Origin: Cirrosporium novae-zelandiae
Lineage: Eukaryota
DNA length: 64,000 bases
NCBI GenBank assembly: GCA_026023565.1
Contig: JAPETS010000009.1
Span: 682,001 to 746,000 of the forward strand
Direction of reading: 5' to 3'
Shown here: positions 26,746 through 39,451 of the stretch, in pieces
How positions within the stretch are numbered: the stretch's first letter is position 1
Layout: every line of letters begins with the position of its first letter
Notes under the pieces: model-generated
The model's database searches: none
Told to the model about the DNA's origin: nothing
The model's input: only the letters and a program-made list of their open reading frames with translations
Position numbers and translations under genes: made by a program

Positions 26746-26976
26746 TTCAACCCTTGACAACTGAGACTTGCATTCAAGCCTGACCTGCAGGTAGGCTCCA
26801 TAAGCTTGATAGATTTGATAATTCAAAATAAATCAGGTCAGGAACGGGGCGCACACCTTCCCAAGTCCTCAAGTACCCAAGTACGTAGCAGGCCGAAGGA
26901 GCAAACCCGAGGAGTCCCAGAAATCAAGTCCAGGACCCATAAGGCAGGTAGAGAACAAAGCTCAAGCGGTGGGATG

Positions 26977-26979
<3 letters not shown>

Positions 26980-27026
<47 letters not shown>

Positions 27027-27176
27027 ATGTGTATGTGTGGATGTATGTATATATGTGTGTGTATGTGTATGTATATGTATATATGTATGTGTATGTGTAT
27101 GTATATGTATATATGTATGTGTATATGTGTATATGTGTACATATGTGTGTGTGAATGTGCGTGTGTGTATGTGTGT
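26980..27176. repeat. Compound (GT)n/(GTAT)/(GTATAT) microsatellite, ~200 bp
   Basis: Alternating purine-pyrimidine tract; source of several spurious ORFs. Confidence 0.92.
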
Positions 27177-30100
27177 ACAGGCATGTCTGCTCATCTTGCT
27201 CCAGGGGAGAGAAAATGTACCCTCAAATCCTTGTAATGAAACTGACCACCAATTCGACGAGAGGCCCACGAAAGTCATTCGAAGCGCGCCGAGAGGATGG
27301 AAAGCTCTGTTTAGGGCCACTTAGGCTGATCGAGATTCCTACTGGATTTGGCTACATCAAACCTTGTCAGACTGACCGTTATCTTCAGGGGCAATAGACG
27401 ACGGGGAAGACGGAAGGAGGAAGTTTGAATTCTTCTGCCAGACCATGGGCACTGGATCCGAACAACATCACACAAAGTATTTTTTTTTTCTTTCCTTCTA
27501 TCTTTTCCCCCCAGTCGGACGACTAGCCGTAATTTAAGTATCAGATTCATTTATTTTACGTGCATATTCAAACAAATCTTTTTTAGAATTTTTAAATCCA
27601 CTCCTAATAATAAGTGTAAGGCTGGAGAACACATGGGATAATGAAAGAACGAGTAATGGAAAGCCAACCCCCATTGATGGCGAGTAAGTGGGTGAGTTGT
27701 CACAAGGTCAAAAGTTGAAGTTGGGCGTTCATACTCTTACTTCTCTCCTCTTTCTCATTTCCTATTCCCCATTTCCCACTTTCTATTTTTCCCCAATGTC
27801 CCAAAATCTATTTCAGAAGAACGGTGTGGACAATGTGTAAAACGAGACTATCCGAGGGCTCCGTCATCGAACCAACCCACCAGCAGATGTCATGATTTTC
27901 GGCAGGGGTTATCCCCCCAAGGTGACCCAGTCCAATGGGAATTCGTGATAAAGTCAGATGGTCATTAGATGGTCAATCGCTCACTTGCGCACTGCCCTAT
28001 CCCACTATGGCGGAGCAATAAGAAGAATTAACTTATGAAGGACCAAAGGAAGAGATTGGGCATACATGGGAGACAATTGGAACAATTGAAAATAGTTGGA
28101 AAAATAATTACGAAGGACCCCCCCTCCCCCCGGATCTCTCTGGCTACCTTGTTCTCTGACTTAACTGTTTTCGACTAATAGTCTCCTTCCAAACCATCCA
28201 GTCAAACCATAATCGGTCCAGGACTGCTAGCTTAGACCGGACAAGTGGGAAATGGAGCCACGACTAGAATCCTGTCCTACGGTCCCTACAGTACGTTCTT
28301 GTGGCTCTGTCGAAGGGGCTCCCTTTCTTTTCGGTCAAACCAACTCTTACCGGAACTTGACCTGGGGAAGTCGGAATTCATCGACGGTTTCATTAGATCG
28401 TCCTACCCTGGCTCGTCGAAGCCTTCCAAGGTCCTGGCAAAAGCTTCCAAAATGCTTCCGAGACCTTCCAAGATTATTCCTAATTCATTCATATTTCATC
28501 ATAATCTCCTGGTTGATCATCTCCTCAGCGTCTATCAATTCATTCCGAGTTCCGCTGCGGAAACCATCAAAACGAACTAGGTTCCCTGAGGCTGAGTTCC
28601 TCCACACTCGGGCACGACTCGTCCAGACCAGCTGACGTGGTTTAACTAGGACGTGTAACACCCAGTCGCAACTTGCAAGAAGAGGATTTTTCGTCTGCTC
28701 GGTCCATTTTCGGACGATTTGACATTTTACAATGGCTATCAGTTGCCAGCTGCCAGATCATCCATGTACGATACTATCAAGCATGAAAACCTGTAGAGAA
28801 GCGAGCGGTGTAGGGCCGAGCCCTCCTCCGCCTCATATTGATTGGTTTAATGGCTTTTTTTTTTCTAGTCTCTTATTTTGATCAGGCTGGCACGCTGGAA
28901 GGATGAGAAAGACCAAGAATTATTATCATGGAAAAAAGATCGACTATTCCTCCATTACGGTGAAAGCTGACTACTCGTACAATGACATGTGTGACAGTAG
29001 CAGGGGTCGACATTTAATAGTATGGGGGTGGAAAGTCAAGCTTCTCGACGAGTTACTTGAGTAGATACAAGCTGGCTACTGCTTATTGGAAAATTACAAA
29101 GATACAGAGTAATTAACTCATGGAGGGATGAGGGGGGGGGGAGGGGGAAATAAAAAGAAAAAAAGGAAAAAATAAAGCCGATTGGCTTCCTTAAAAAAAT
29201 ACCAGAACAGTGGTAAGACTAAGGAGCGCAAAGGCGGGCTGCACTGCAAATAATGCATGCCATATGCCATATGCCATTCGTGCCATAGAGATGATTGCCC
29301 TAATCCCTAATCATTATTATTAATAAGTGGATGATGCCATAAAAATTCGCTACAAGGGCTCTTTCTTTTCTCTCCTTTAGATGCATAATCTACTTTTCTT
29401 TCCCAGCTTCCAGTTTTCAAATGTCTTGACCAAACATTTGGGTCTTTTTTTTTTCCTTTACATAGAGGCAGCCACTGATAGTCGGGTTTGGGTAAGAATT
29501 CTAGTAAGACTTGCGAAAACCAGAAACATCTAAAATAGCGGTATTGGGTCATGTGAGTCATTTCGTAAAACTCCTGCGCTGGCAATCTGACAGGCCCTTT
29601 GGGCAGTTCCGACATCATTCAATTTAGAAGGTGGATTGGGTGTATGAAGGAGATAAATGGGTGGATGATGATGATGATTAGGATGATTATGATGATATTT
29701 TTTGTCTTGTTGACTGTTGTCCATGTCGACTTGATTTTAGCAAAGAGTCATCCCAAGTCTTGTTCCGAGGCTGACGATTTCATTTGATCAAAACATATCT
29801 ATCTATGGATACCACGGATATAACCACTTAGTAAAGATCCGACATTAGCAAAAGACGAAAGAAAAGGTCGGTCAAGGCTCGGCAGGCTGCGTCCGTTGAA
29901 TTGACTTGGATTGTGGTCTCTTCTGATGATGATGATGATGATGACAATGGTGATCAATTATCTATAATAAAAAGCCAATGGCAATTGGGGAAGTACAACA
30001 AAAAGGAATTAAAAAAAGGGGCAATTGACAGGGATGGGGTTAGTTAATCTTGGGGAAATAAGATCATTTTCCGAAACTGACGAAACCAACGAAACACCTG

Positions 30101-31089
30101 AACGCCAATCGACCCTAGACACCACGACGTGCATGAGAGTAGAGATAGTTCTAATAATTAATTCTTATTATTCAGCAGAGCACGTGTTCACTATTTTTTT
30201 TATTTTATTTTTCCAAGACTTTTTTTATTGTGAAAAAAAATAATTACCTTCCTTTCAAGGTCAATCCAGTTCATTTCATCAAATGAAAGATAAAAAACCT
30301 ACTTTGAGTGTTTTAAATACCATGTAATTAATCGGTATCTAGGGTATCTTGGCCCTAACAATTGACGTTGGTGTCTCCCTTCCCACACACACACACACAC
30401 CCCCCCCCCCTCCCCCTGTCAAGTCCACCAAGTAAATGTACGAGTACGAGCTTGTTGAATTCTAAGAGAGAGAGAAAGAAGGTGTGTATACATAGTGTTA
30501 GATAGACACTCTTTTACTGTTATACATTATCCATCATGGCCGTTCCTGAGTTCTTACCCGAGCGGATGGGCTCCCGTCGCCTCTAGTTTCTCTAGATTTT
30601 GCCACTATTTAGAAATCGCCAGTCGTACCAGTTTAGGGGGTTGCGTAGGAAAGTTGCAAGGCCAGAGTTTCGAACTTAGAATGGTCAGCGGTTGAAAGTC
30701 AGTATTTTCTTTACTTCTGGCACCCAACAAACAAGACTCTACTAAGTTTGAAGGTGGGACAACATTTTAACTTTTCTTTCTTTTTCTTTTCTTCTGCTGC
30801 GCCCAACCGTTTTCGGATGACATCCGCGGGTTTAATATCTGGCCCCATTCGGAGAACTGAATGATTTCGAGAAACACTGAAGTGGATACTTTGTGTACCT
30901 AGCAATCTTGGCCTTATGGGGGGGGGGGGATACACGAGCTCATTCAAAAGTCGAAACAAGAGGAGGCGACGACAAGGCAGACCGCAATAATGGCAATCAT
31001 CAAGGTCACGATACACGTTCGTAAGACGTGATGACTGAGCCCAACCTAACCTTCCGTTTCTTGCATATGGCCATATATCCATTTATCCT

Positions 31090-31206
31090 ATTCAATCAAC
31101 CATTCAATCAATCAATCAATCAATCAATCAGTCAGTCAATCAATCAGTCAGTCAATCAATCAGTCAGTTAATCAATCAGTCAGTTAATCAATCAGCCATC
31201 CATCCA
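31090..31206. repeat. (TCAA)/(TCAG) tetranucleotide microsatellite
   Basis: CAATCAATCAATCAGTCAGTCAAT... run. Confidence 0.9.
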
Positions 31207-31584
31207 TTCTACATGAGCAAAAGAAAGTCGACGATGATATGCTTTGGCACTATACTAGCAAGGACGGAAATTCATGCAACATCTGCAACTTGACGATCTA
31301 TGCATTTTGGATTTCTCGACCCAATGAAAAAAAAGAAGATAATAATTGATTAGTTATGATGGTGATGATGATGTTCGTGGAGGGGTTTTATTTTTCTTCT
31401 CCGGCCTGTATTGAATTATCGTTGCATCCGCGTATACCACTATACCACCCCACTTTATCTTTTTGTTGTTCACAATGAGGGGCAGCTTTATCACCAGCAA
31501 GAAAGGGTAAAAAAAAAAAAAAAAGAGGGAGCTCCCCCGGTCGGCATATCATCCCACGTCAATCAGTTATGCCGTGCTGGTCGC

Positions 31585-31639
31585 AAGGGATTATCAAGGA
31601 TTATCAAGGATTGTCAAGGATTGTCAAGGATTGTCAAGG
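31585..31639. repeat. 10-bp tandem repeat (CAAGGATT(A/G)T) about x5
   Basis: GGATTATCAA GGATTATCAA GGATTGTCAA GGATTGTCAA GGATTGTCAA. Confidence 0.88.
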
Positions 31640-33747
31640 CTACAAGTTTACAACCCATAATGATCATCAATTATCCGTTATGTCTTACCGAAATGCATCT
31701 TGCGGGGCAAAAATCCTATCCAGTTGGATTCATCCGCCCCCCAGTCATCAGTAATAATTATCTTGCGGTCCGACTTTTTCCAACTGAAACTAGATAATTC
31801 TTCCTTCGTCATTCCGCGTCCTAAAAAAATATTTCCTTTTAGCCGCTTTCGTGTAACAGCAATTAAAATGCTGACTGTCTTGGTTTTGGGCATATCTCTA
31901 GATATTTTTCTTCATTCATATGTCAGATATCAGAGGGTAACACTTGAGTCCCATGACCATTTCCAGAATCCTCAATCATGCTTCTTGAACACGGGGCTCC
32001 CATCTACTGGCTTTCTAATGTTTCCCACCCAACACCTCACTACACTAGGCTCCAACAGCGAAAAAACATAGGTGGGATCATGAACTTCTGAGTAATGCCT
32101 TGAAATCCTTTAGCTTCTAATCATTATCGCGAGAACTACCGGGGTGGACAATTTACGGCCTAGGCGGTCGGCCCATTGCAACCATATCGCAATACCTTCA
32201 CTCCCGATACAAGTTTAATCAAAAGCGCAATATTTTCAAGCTAAACAGGTTGCCCCTCCATAGCATCATTTGTCCGTCATTGTTGGACATTATCACCGTG
32301 AGCACATTTATCCCCCCCGAGTCTTCCCTTTATCACTCATCGACTCTCCCCCCCCCCCCCATCATCCATAATGTGAAGTATTCTTGAACTTGCAGGATAA
32401 TGAACCCAGTGCCGCGATCTTGATACATCCCTTGTCGCTGTCCAATCGAGCCGATGTGGCTGCAGCCAAGAGATCTTTATCATCTCAGCTTGCCTTCAGG
32501 GATTACCTTGCTTCACTTCACGAACTGGCGGAGCAATAGGCCGTCTCCATTCAGTCGGTAGAAGAAAAAGCAAACAAGATAATTTCCACCCCTCGAATGC
32601 ACCTCAATCACTTATTCATCACATAACCTTGCCTTTTCCTTGTTCTTGTTTTGGCCCTTTCATGTATCTCCTGTCACAAATATTGGGTCCCTTGATTGCT
32701 AAAGCAAACTAATCTGAAATATTGTTGACAATGACTCTCTAGCATGCCTCACAACCTGGGGGTTGGTATAGTAACAAGCAAAAATGCAGGGTTTGGTCGC
32801 CTATGATACAAACATCATTGGCCACAGGTATATGATCGGGTCTGGAGTGGACTTTGAAGCGGAAGAAGAAATCAAACCTGCATCTGCGGGATGACTTGTC
32901 TCTTTTTCGTTTTGGAATATTTGCTGATAGCCTGGCGGGCCGTGTCTGATCCTTCGGCATACCGTCCATCATCGTGAATCCTGCAAGAGAACCACTTATT
33001 AACATTGGGAATTCCTGCTCGTGACTGCCAAAAACATTCCGCTGCCACGGTAAAACGTTCCAACCTCTCTTTGAGGGTCCAACAGTTATCTTGAATCTGC
33101 TTAACCGGGACTTGGGATTTTTGGGCGTCCTTCGCCATCCTGCAGTGTGGTGATTGGTGCTACCCAAACTGCTGGTACCTGGTGCCTGGATCCTGAAAGA
33201 CGGTGACTCGGTGAGCGGAGTAGCGTCTATATATAGCCGCCCGGGATATATGTGAGATGTAAGTTACAGGGATAGCGATCACTTTCCTGCCATGCAACCT
33301 TTCACTTCCAAGTTCATGGGTGAGCGAGATCCACGGGAAGCTGATTTTCGCACGCCGTTCCGCCCCATGTCGTCTGATATGTCAATTATTCTTCTATTAT
33401 TATTTTTCGACCCCCATCATATTGTTGAGAGCTAGTGACATAAGATGGTGAATATTCATACCCAACAGAAATCAGATCGATAGCTACTATTATGAGACAA
33501 ACACATTATTATTATCATAATCATGACAAGCAACGTAGATTGTTAGGAAAATAAAAAGTGGAAAAAAGGTCAAAAGATTGTCTGCTGTTTAGGGCCTTGC
33601 CCTCCCTGTAATGCCTGAAGTATCTGGCAGCAAGTACAGTAACCTCGGCATCAAGAAAATTTTAGACTAGCTAGGATAGGTAAGCTCTCTTTTCTATCAA
33701 GTATTGATTCATACTCAAAGAGAGCTCAAGACATCTCAATCTCAGTG

Positions 33748-35466
33748 ATGGAGCCTCTGAAGGGAACTCTACTTCCATTTCTCTATCCCTCTTTCAACCT
33801 TTCTCGTACACTTTCCTTCATACGCTTAAAGTCCCCTAAGCTCCGTCATATTTCTTGCCGTCGCTCCCACTCTCTCACTCCATCCACTTCTCCAATTTCT
33901 CAGCCCTTAAATCCACCACCAAGCACAGATGGAACAACCCGCGATTCATCCCCAACAGATGACTACTCTCGCTCCCTCTTTGCTGATCGCTGCCGGCTAG
34001 TTGTACATACCGGCTCTGGCGGCCATGGTTGCGCCTCCTTTCTTCGAGAAAAATATGTTCCCGAAGGCCCTGCCAATGGCGGCGACGGAGGCGTAGGGGG
34101 AAGTATATTCATTCAAGCTATTCCCGAGGAAACCTCTCTCTACAAACTTTCACGTCGGCGCAACATTCGTGCTGGAAGGGGCAAAAATGGGAAAGGAAAA
34201 AGCCAGGGAGGAGAGAGAGGAGGAGATATTGTGATTACGGTTCCCGTTGGGACTGTCGTCCGAGAAGTCGAGCGTTTTGATCCTGTTGCGGAGGAAGAGG
34301 AGCAACAGAAGCTTGCGAGACGAGCGAAAAAGTCTTCCAAATCCGAAGGCGCAGAAACAGAAGGAAGCGCTCGTGGCAGTTGGCGAAGAGATAAATGGTT
34401 AATCTATCCTGGAACCCTCCCCTCCTCCTTCGGCGCTAGCGATTTTCCCTCCCTCCCTCGACCCCGTCGCTCCAACCTTGTAATGCTCCAACCCGCTGCA
34501 CCAATCCACCTAGACCTTTCAAAACCCATGAGCCAACCGCTCCTCCTTGCTGCGGGCGCAATGGGCGGATTTGGAAATCCACACTTCGTGACAAAGTCAA
34601 TTGGGAGACCAAAATATGCCACCAAAGGCGACATCGGAATGTCATTGACACTCGACCTCGAGTTAAAACTCCTAGCAGACGTAGGACTCGTAGGCCTTCC
34701 CAATGCAGGAAAGAGTACATTACTTAGGGCTATCAGTCACAGTCGGGCTCGTGTAGGTAGCTGGGCATTCACCACACTAACACCTAATATCGGAACGGTA
34801 GTGTTGGATAATTACCATGGACGCCCTCGTATCCAGCTCCCAGGCAGTGCCAGTGAAGAATTACGCTCACGTATCACCATCGCAGATATCCCTGGTTTGG
34901 TCGAAGACGCTCATCTGGATCGAGGATTAGGTTTTAGCTTTCTCAGACATGTCGAACGTGCACGCGTTCTTGCCTTTGTGGTTGATTTATCGCATGATCC
35001 AGTGGAGACATTGAAGAGCTTATGGAAAGAAGTTGGAGAGTTTGAAGCTTTTAGAAGCCAGGAAGTGAACGAGCAGACGGAGCGTCGAATCGAAAATGGG
35101 GATGCTCCATCTTCTGCGCGCATGGCCTTGGATGATGAAGGAAATGAGTCTATGATCATTAATCCATCTGGGTCTACATCCCAGGAAGGCCCACTCACGC
35201 TCTCGCCTTTTGCGCCTATATCATCTAAACCATGGTTCGTTGTTGCCACCAAAGCAGATCTTCCCGAAACACAAGAAAATTTTGTGGAATTACAAGCATA
35301 TGTGAATGGTGTTTCGGAGGGATCCATGGAACATCCAAGTGGACGAAAAAACGCATGGAAGAGTGTATTAAAAGGGAGGGTGATTCCCGTGAGTGCTATC
35401 AACGGAATGGGCGTTGGGGGTGTATCAAGAGTGATTGATTCTATTGTTGAGCTTCTAAATGCATAG
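33748..35466 (+). CDS. MTG2: Mitochondrial Obg-family GTPase (572 aa)
   Basis: Obg glycine-rich motifs (GSGGHGC, GGDGGVGG), LELKLLADVGLVGLPNAGKSTLL, FTTL, ADIPGL, TKAD, SA; presequence-like N-terminus. Confidence 0.93.
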   Translation: MEPLKGTLLPFLYPSFNLSRTLSFIRLKSPKLRHISCRRSHSLTPSTSPISQPLNPPPSTDGTTRDSSPTDDYSRSLFADRCRLVVHTGSGGHGCASFLREKYVPEGPANGGDGGVGGSIFIQAIPEETSLYKLSRRRNIRAGRGKNGKGKSQGGERGGDIVITVPVGTVVREVERFDPVAEEEEQQKLARRAKKSSKSEGAETEGSARGSWRRDKWLIYPGTLPSSFGASDFPSLPRPRRSNLVMLQPAAPIHLDLSKPMSQPLLLAAGAMGGFGNPHFVTKSIGRPKYATKGDIGMSLTLDLELKLLADVGLVGLPNAGKSTLLRAISHSRARVGSWAFTTLTPNIGTVVLDNYHGRPRIQLPGSASEELRSRITIADIPGLVEDAHLDRGLGFSFLRHVERARVLAFVVDLSHDPVETLKSLWKEVGEFEAFRSQEVNEQTERRIENGDAPSSARMALDDEGNESMIINPSGSTSQEGPLTLSPFAPISSKPWFVVATKADLPETQENFVELQAYVNGVSEGSMEHPSGRKNAWKSVLKGRVIPVSAINGMGVGGVSRVIDSIVELLNA

Positions 35467-35957
35467 AATGATAGAAATAGCTTAGTTTATTGGTTCTAGG
35501 TTATGGTGATGATAACTGAAAATACATGTGTGAAGATATATAATTGTACTATATAAAAGCCACAAAATGATATGAGTAATACACTTTCTGCGTGCCAAGT
35601 AATATCATCTGCATAATCCAAGCCCCACTCGCTATTGTTTCTGGGGTTACTGGCTGCCTTCCATGATGTCAGCAAATCCTAACTTCATCCACTTCAGTGT
35701 TTGCATTGTAAAGAAAAAAGAAACAACCTATAAAACGTTCCTTTAGTTCATTTTTGGCAAAAACAGCTATGGACAGCGGCTGCTAGTGTGTTTATTGATA
35801 TCAACGTTCTTATTTTCCCATATTATCTAAGATTTGCATTCTGAAAAGCGTTAATTTACAGCATCCTTGAGAAAAGTCATATATACTCCTCTCATTTACA
35901 ACCTTGCACTTGGTGTTTTGGATCAATTACACTGCTTCTATCAAGCGTATCGTTTCA

Positions 35958-37454
35958 ATGGCTGCGGAATATCTTTCTGCTCAAGGAATCTCCGTACCGT
36001 TTCTCCCATCCGAGCGCCCTTCAGCTTCCTCAGGTCGTCCCCGCCTCCAGAAGATTGTATGCGTCCATCTTCCCAATAAGTCTCCAGATTCTCTCTGGGA
36101 TGTCCATTTCTCAGGCTCTCACGTTACCTCTATAACCCCCCACGATCCATCTCTCCTACAACGTCTCTCTCATCTCCCCTCTGTTCTCGACGGTTCACAT
36201 CGCCTTTTGGCCCCGAGTCTCTGCCACGCTCATATTCACCTCGACAAATGCTTCCTTCTGAATAATCCCCGATATCCCGACCTCAGTATCGAGAAAGGCG
36301 ACCTTGTCGAAGCCGTAACTGTGACAAGGGAAGCAAAGAAGAAATTTGAGCATGACGACCTGATGACGAGGGGACGGTGGGCTATTCAGGAGAGCTTAGA
36401 AAAAGGAGTTACGGCAATGAGAGCATTTGTGGAAGTCGATACGATTGTGGAAATGAAATGCTTAGATGCCGCATTGGCTCTAAAAGAGGAGTTTAAGGAA
36501 TGTTGTGAGATCCAAATATGCGCTTTTGCCCACGAGGTCGTTTTTACAGGAGACGCGGGAGAGGCGAACCGGCGGCTTATGGAAAAGGCAATGGAAAGGG
36601 AAGGGGTGGATGTACTTGGTTCTACGCCATACGCGGAAGGCAACGACGAAAGCATGAGGATGAACATCATGTGGGCTATCGATATTGCGATACAGAAACG
36701 TAAACACCTGGATTTTCATCTGGATTACAACTTGAAAATCGATAAAGAAGCACAGGTCTGGGAGGTAGTTCGGTCCCTCAACGAGGAATGGACGAATGAA
36801 AATCCAGGGAAAACTGTTGTTCTAGGTCATTGCACTCGGTTGACATTGTTTAATGATAAAGACTGGGAAAGACTGAAACAAGAGGTGGGAGATCTACCTC
36901 TTTCTTTTGTGGGATTGCCTGCCAGTGATATGTATATGGTTGGGAGACCTGGAGAACGAGGCATCAAGAGTACTCGACCAAGAGGAACACTTCAGATTCC
37001 ATGGATGATCAAGGAACATGGATTCCAGGCAGTCTTGGGGGTTGATAATGTTGGCAATGGATTTACACCGCAGGGAACCTGTGATCCTTTAGGTGTCGCC
37101 AGTCTCGGGGTGGGGCTCTATCACGCTGGAACTCAAGGAGATACGGAAATACTCTATGTAAGTTGTTTCCACAGGCTGCATTTCATTGCTTGGCAGAGAT
37201 CTGACTTGGGATAGGAATGCGTTTCCTCGCGCGCTAAGAAGGCTATAGGTGTCGAGGCGGTTGATTTACAGGGCCTGAAAGAGGATAGTCAAAATGATGC
37301 AACCAATACGGGCAGAGCAGACTTTATATTGTTTGATCGAGAAGGTGATTCGAGTTTGGATGATAGAAGACGGAGAAAGACGATGCAAGAGATTGTGTAT
37401 GACCCCCCAACTGAACGACTTGTTATCAGTGATGGGTTTGTCATGGGACAATAA
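35958..37454 (+). CDS. Metal-dependent amidohydrolase, cytosine/creatinine-deaminase-like (~479 aa, 2 exons)
   Basis: HAHIHLDK metal motif, DFHLD, GHCT, GVDNVGNGFTPQG; intron 37158-37214 (GTAAGT...CTGAC...TAG) continues ECVSSRAKKAIG...VYDPP to TAA 37452-37454. Confidence 0.88.
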
Positions 37455-37665
37455 GAGCCAAGGCGCAAAGCAAGACTCTAGTTCTTTATATTCGTAATAG
37501 TTATGATTGGGATGTAGTGAATGTGAGATAGACAAATTGGGTTAGCGTCATTCTGCTGTGAACTTCATGACATTCGCGAAGCTGAAGTAGACCTGAACAA
37601 GAAAAAAACACCTATCAAATGGCATCAGAATTTATTTAAGTGTTGTATCTTTTCTAGATGATATA

Positions 37666-39451
37666 ATGAACATGCAAATGCGTCCTCAATATGGGACCTA
37701 TCAACAGCAAACAAATCAATGGCCTCCACATCAACCGGCAGTTGCTCGCCGCAGTGGTCCAGGTACGTCTCCATTTCATCCGTCGAAGCTACTCGATTAG
37801 TTAGCTACAAAGCTAGCAGCAAGAAGCGCTTTCGGGTCCGTGCAAACTTTCTAAGACCCAATAATCTAACCTCCGTCATCTTTGATACTTTCTTGGAAGA
37901 CCCATTTGTTTAGATTTGCTGACTTTGATTGTGTTTTACGTGTTTAGCAGTCGCAATGGTCCCTCCCCCTTCTCAATCGCATTCTTCGGCCACTGCGGCC
38001 CATCTGCTTCAGCAACAACAGCGTAACAGTAGTATCATGGCTCAGCATGATGAAGCCCGGCGACGAGCCCGGAGACCTGTTGACAAGACCATCCCTGACG
38101 GCGTGGAAGGGGTGGTCATAGGTGATGGGGTGAAGCAATATCGCCAACTACGAGATATGGAGCGCGAATTGGATATGGCCATGATTAGAAAACGTATGGA
38201 CCTCGATGAGGATCGCAGAAGAGAGGACAGACGCGTCAGAACGATGAGGATATGGATATCCAATACCGCAGACAATCAACCTTGGCAAGATGGTAACGTT
38301 GAAATTGGCGATGAACTGCAAAGGCATGGATCGGCCCGGGTACGAATTGAAGGACGATTACTCCCGGAGGAAGACGACGACGTTGAAGATAGTGAGAATG
38401 AAAGTGAGGGTGAAAAGCAGGAAGATGGAGATGAAATGGATCATGATCATACACCTTCAGCGGCAGCCAAGTCTACCACCCCTCAACTACCTTCAAAGCT
38501 CTCACATTTCTTCAAATCAATCACAATCACCTACGAACGTCCACCATCCGTGCTCGCCCCCTTACCAGACCCAATTGTTTGGAAAAAACCCACCACTCCT
38601 TCAGCAACTCATACCCTTCCTGCGGCCGCCGACTTTGACGTCCTAGAATTCGAGCGCGACGGGGACGAGAATGTTCCAATTACCATCAGCCTTGAGAGGG
38701 ATGATTGGCCAGAACGCTTCCAGTTGAGCTCTGCACTCGCGGAGCTGTTGGATATGCAAACGGCATCTAGCAAGGAAGCTGTTGAAGGGGTCATGGACTA
38801 TATTAAGGTTATGGGCCTTTTAGATGATGAGAAGAACACAGTACGATGTGACAGTCAGCTGAAAGCGGTATGTCATCCATTTTTTCCTTTAAAGGAGGTT
38901 CGACACCCAGGACTAACCACCATCTCCGACTATAGATTTTCCGAAAAGACATCCTTCCTACAAACCAAGTCGCCCACGTCGTTTCCCAGCACTTCTCTCC
39001 CATCCCACCAATCAAACTATCCTACACTATTCAACTCTCCCCACCAGGAATAGATCCAGCCACCAAATGGACCAAATCCACCATCTACGACATACCCTTT
39101 CTCCTTCCCACCCCTCTCTCCCTCGCTCTCAACGCCCTCGCCCAGAAACTCCACACTTCCACAACTCTCCGCCAAATAATCCAATATGACGAAGCGCTCG
39201 CGCTCTGCGTCCAGGCGATCCGCCACTCCAAAGCCCGTCATAAGTTTTTCAAGGAATTCTCCAAGGACCCAGCGGACTTTTTGAAACGCTGGCTCTCCAG
39301 TCAGCAGAGGGATATGGAGGTTATTTTGGGGGAGCAGCATGTTCAAGGGGGTAGGGATGAGTTTGAGAGGGGAGGCAAGGATGGAGTGTGGGGGAAGGAT
39401 ATTGTGAGGGAAACGGTGGGGAGCATGTTCGCGACTGGGAGGGCAAAATAA
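37666..39451 (+). CDS. SNF12: SWI/SNF and RSC subunit Ssr3/Snf12/Rsc6 (BAF60, SWIB domain), ~510 aa, 3 exons
   Basis: Introns 37763-37947(or 37950) and 38868-38935; motifs RRPVDKTIP, MRIWISNT, VRIEGRLL, SHFFKSI, DYIK...VRCD, FSKDPADFLKRWLSSQQRD. Confidence 0.88.

Noticed and set aside
26806..27324. Cys/Val- and His/Thr-rich ORFs on both strands
   Set aside because: Translations of the (GT)n/(GTAT)n microsatellite, not metallothionein-like proteins.
36040..36075. RLQKIVCVHL in the amidohydrolase N-terminus as a PTS2
   Set aside because: Spacing is RL-x6-HL, not the RL-x5-HL consensus.
18068..37454. uaY + MFS + deaminase-like enzyme as a purine-catabolism gene cluster
   Set aside because: Separated by more than 10 kb and by MTG2; I saw no UaY site in the amidohydrolase promoter and have no synteny evidence.
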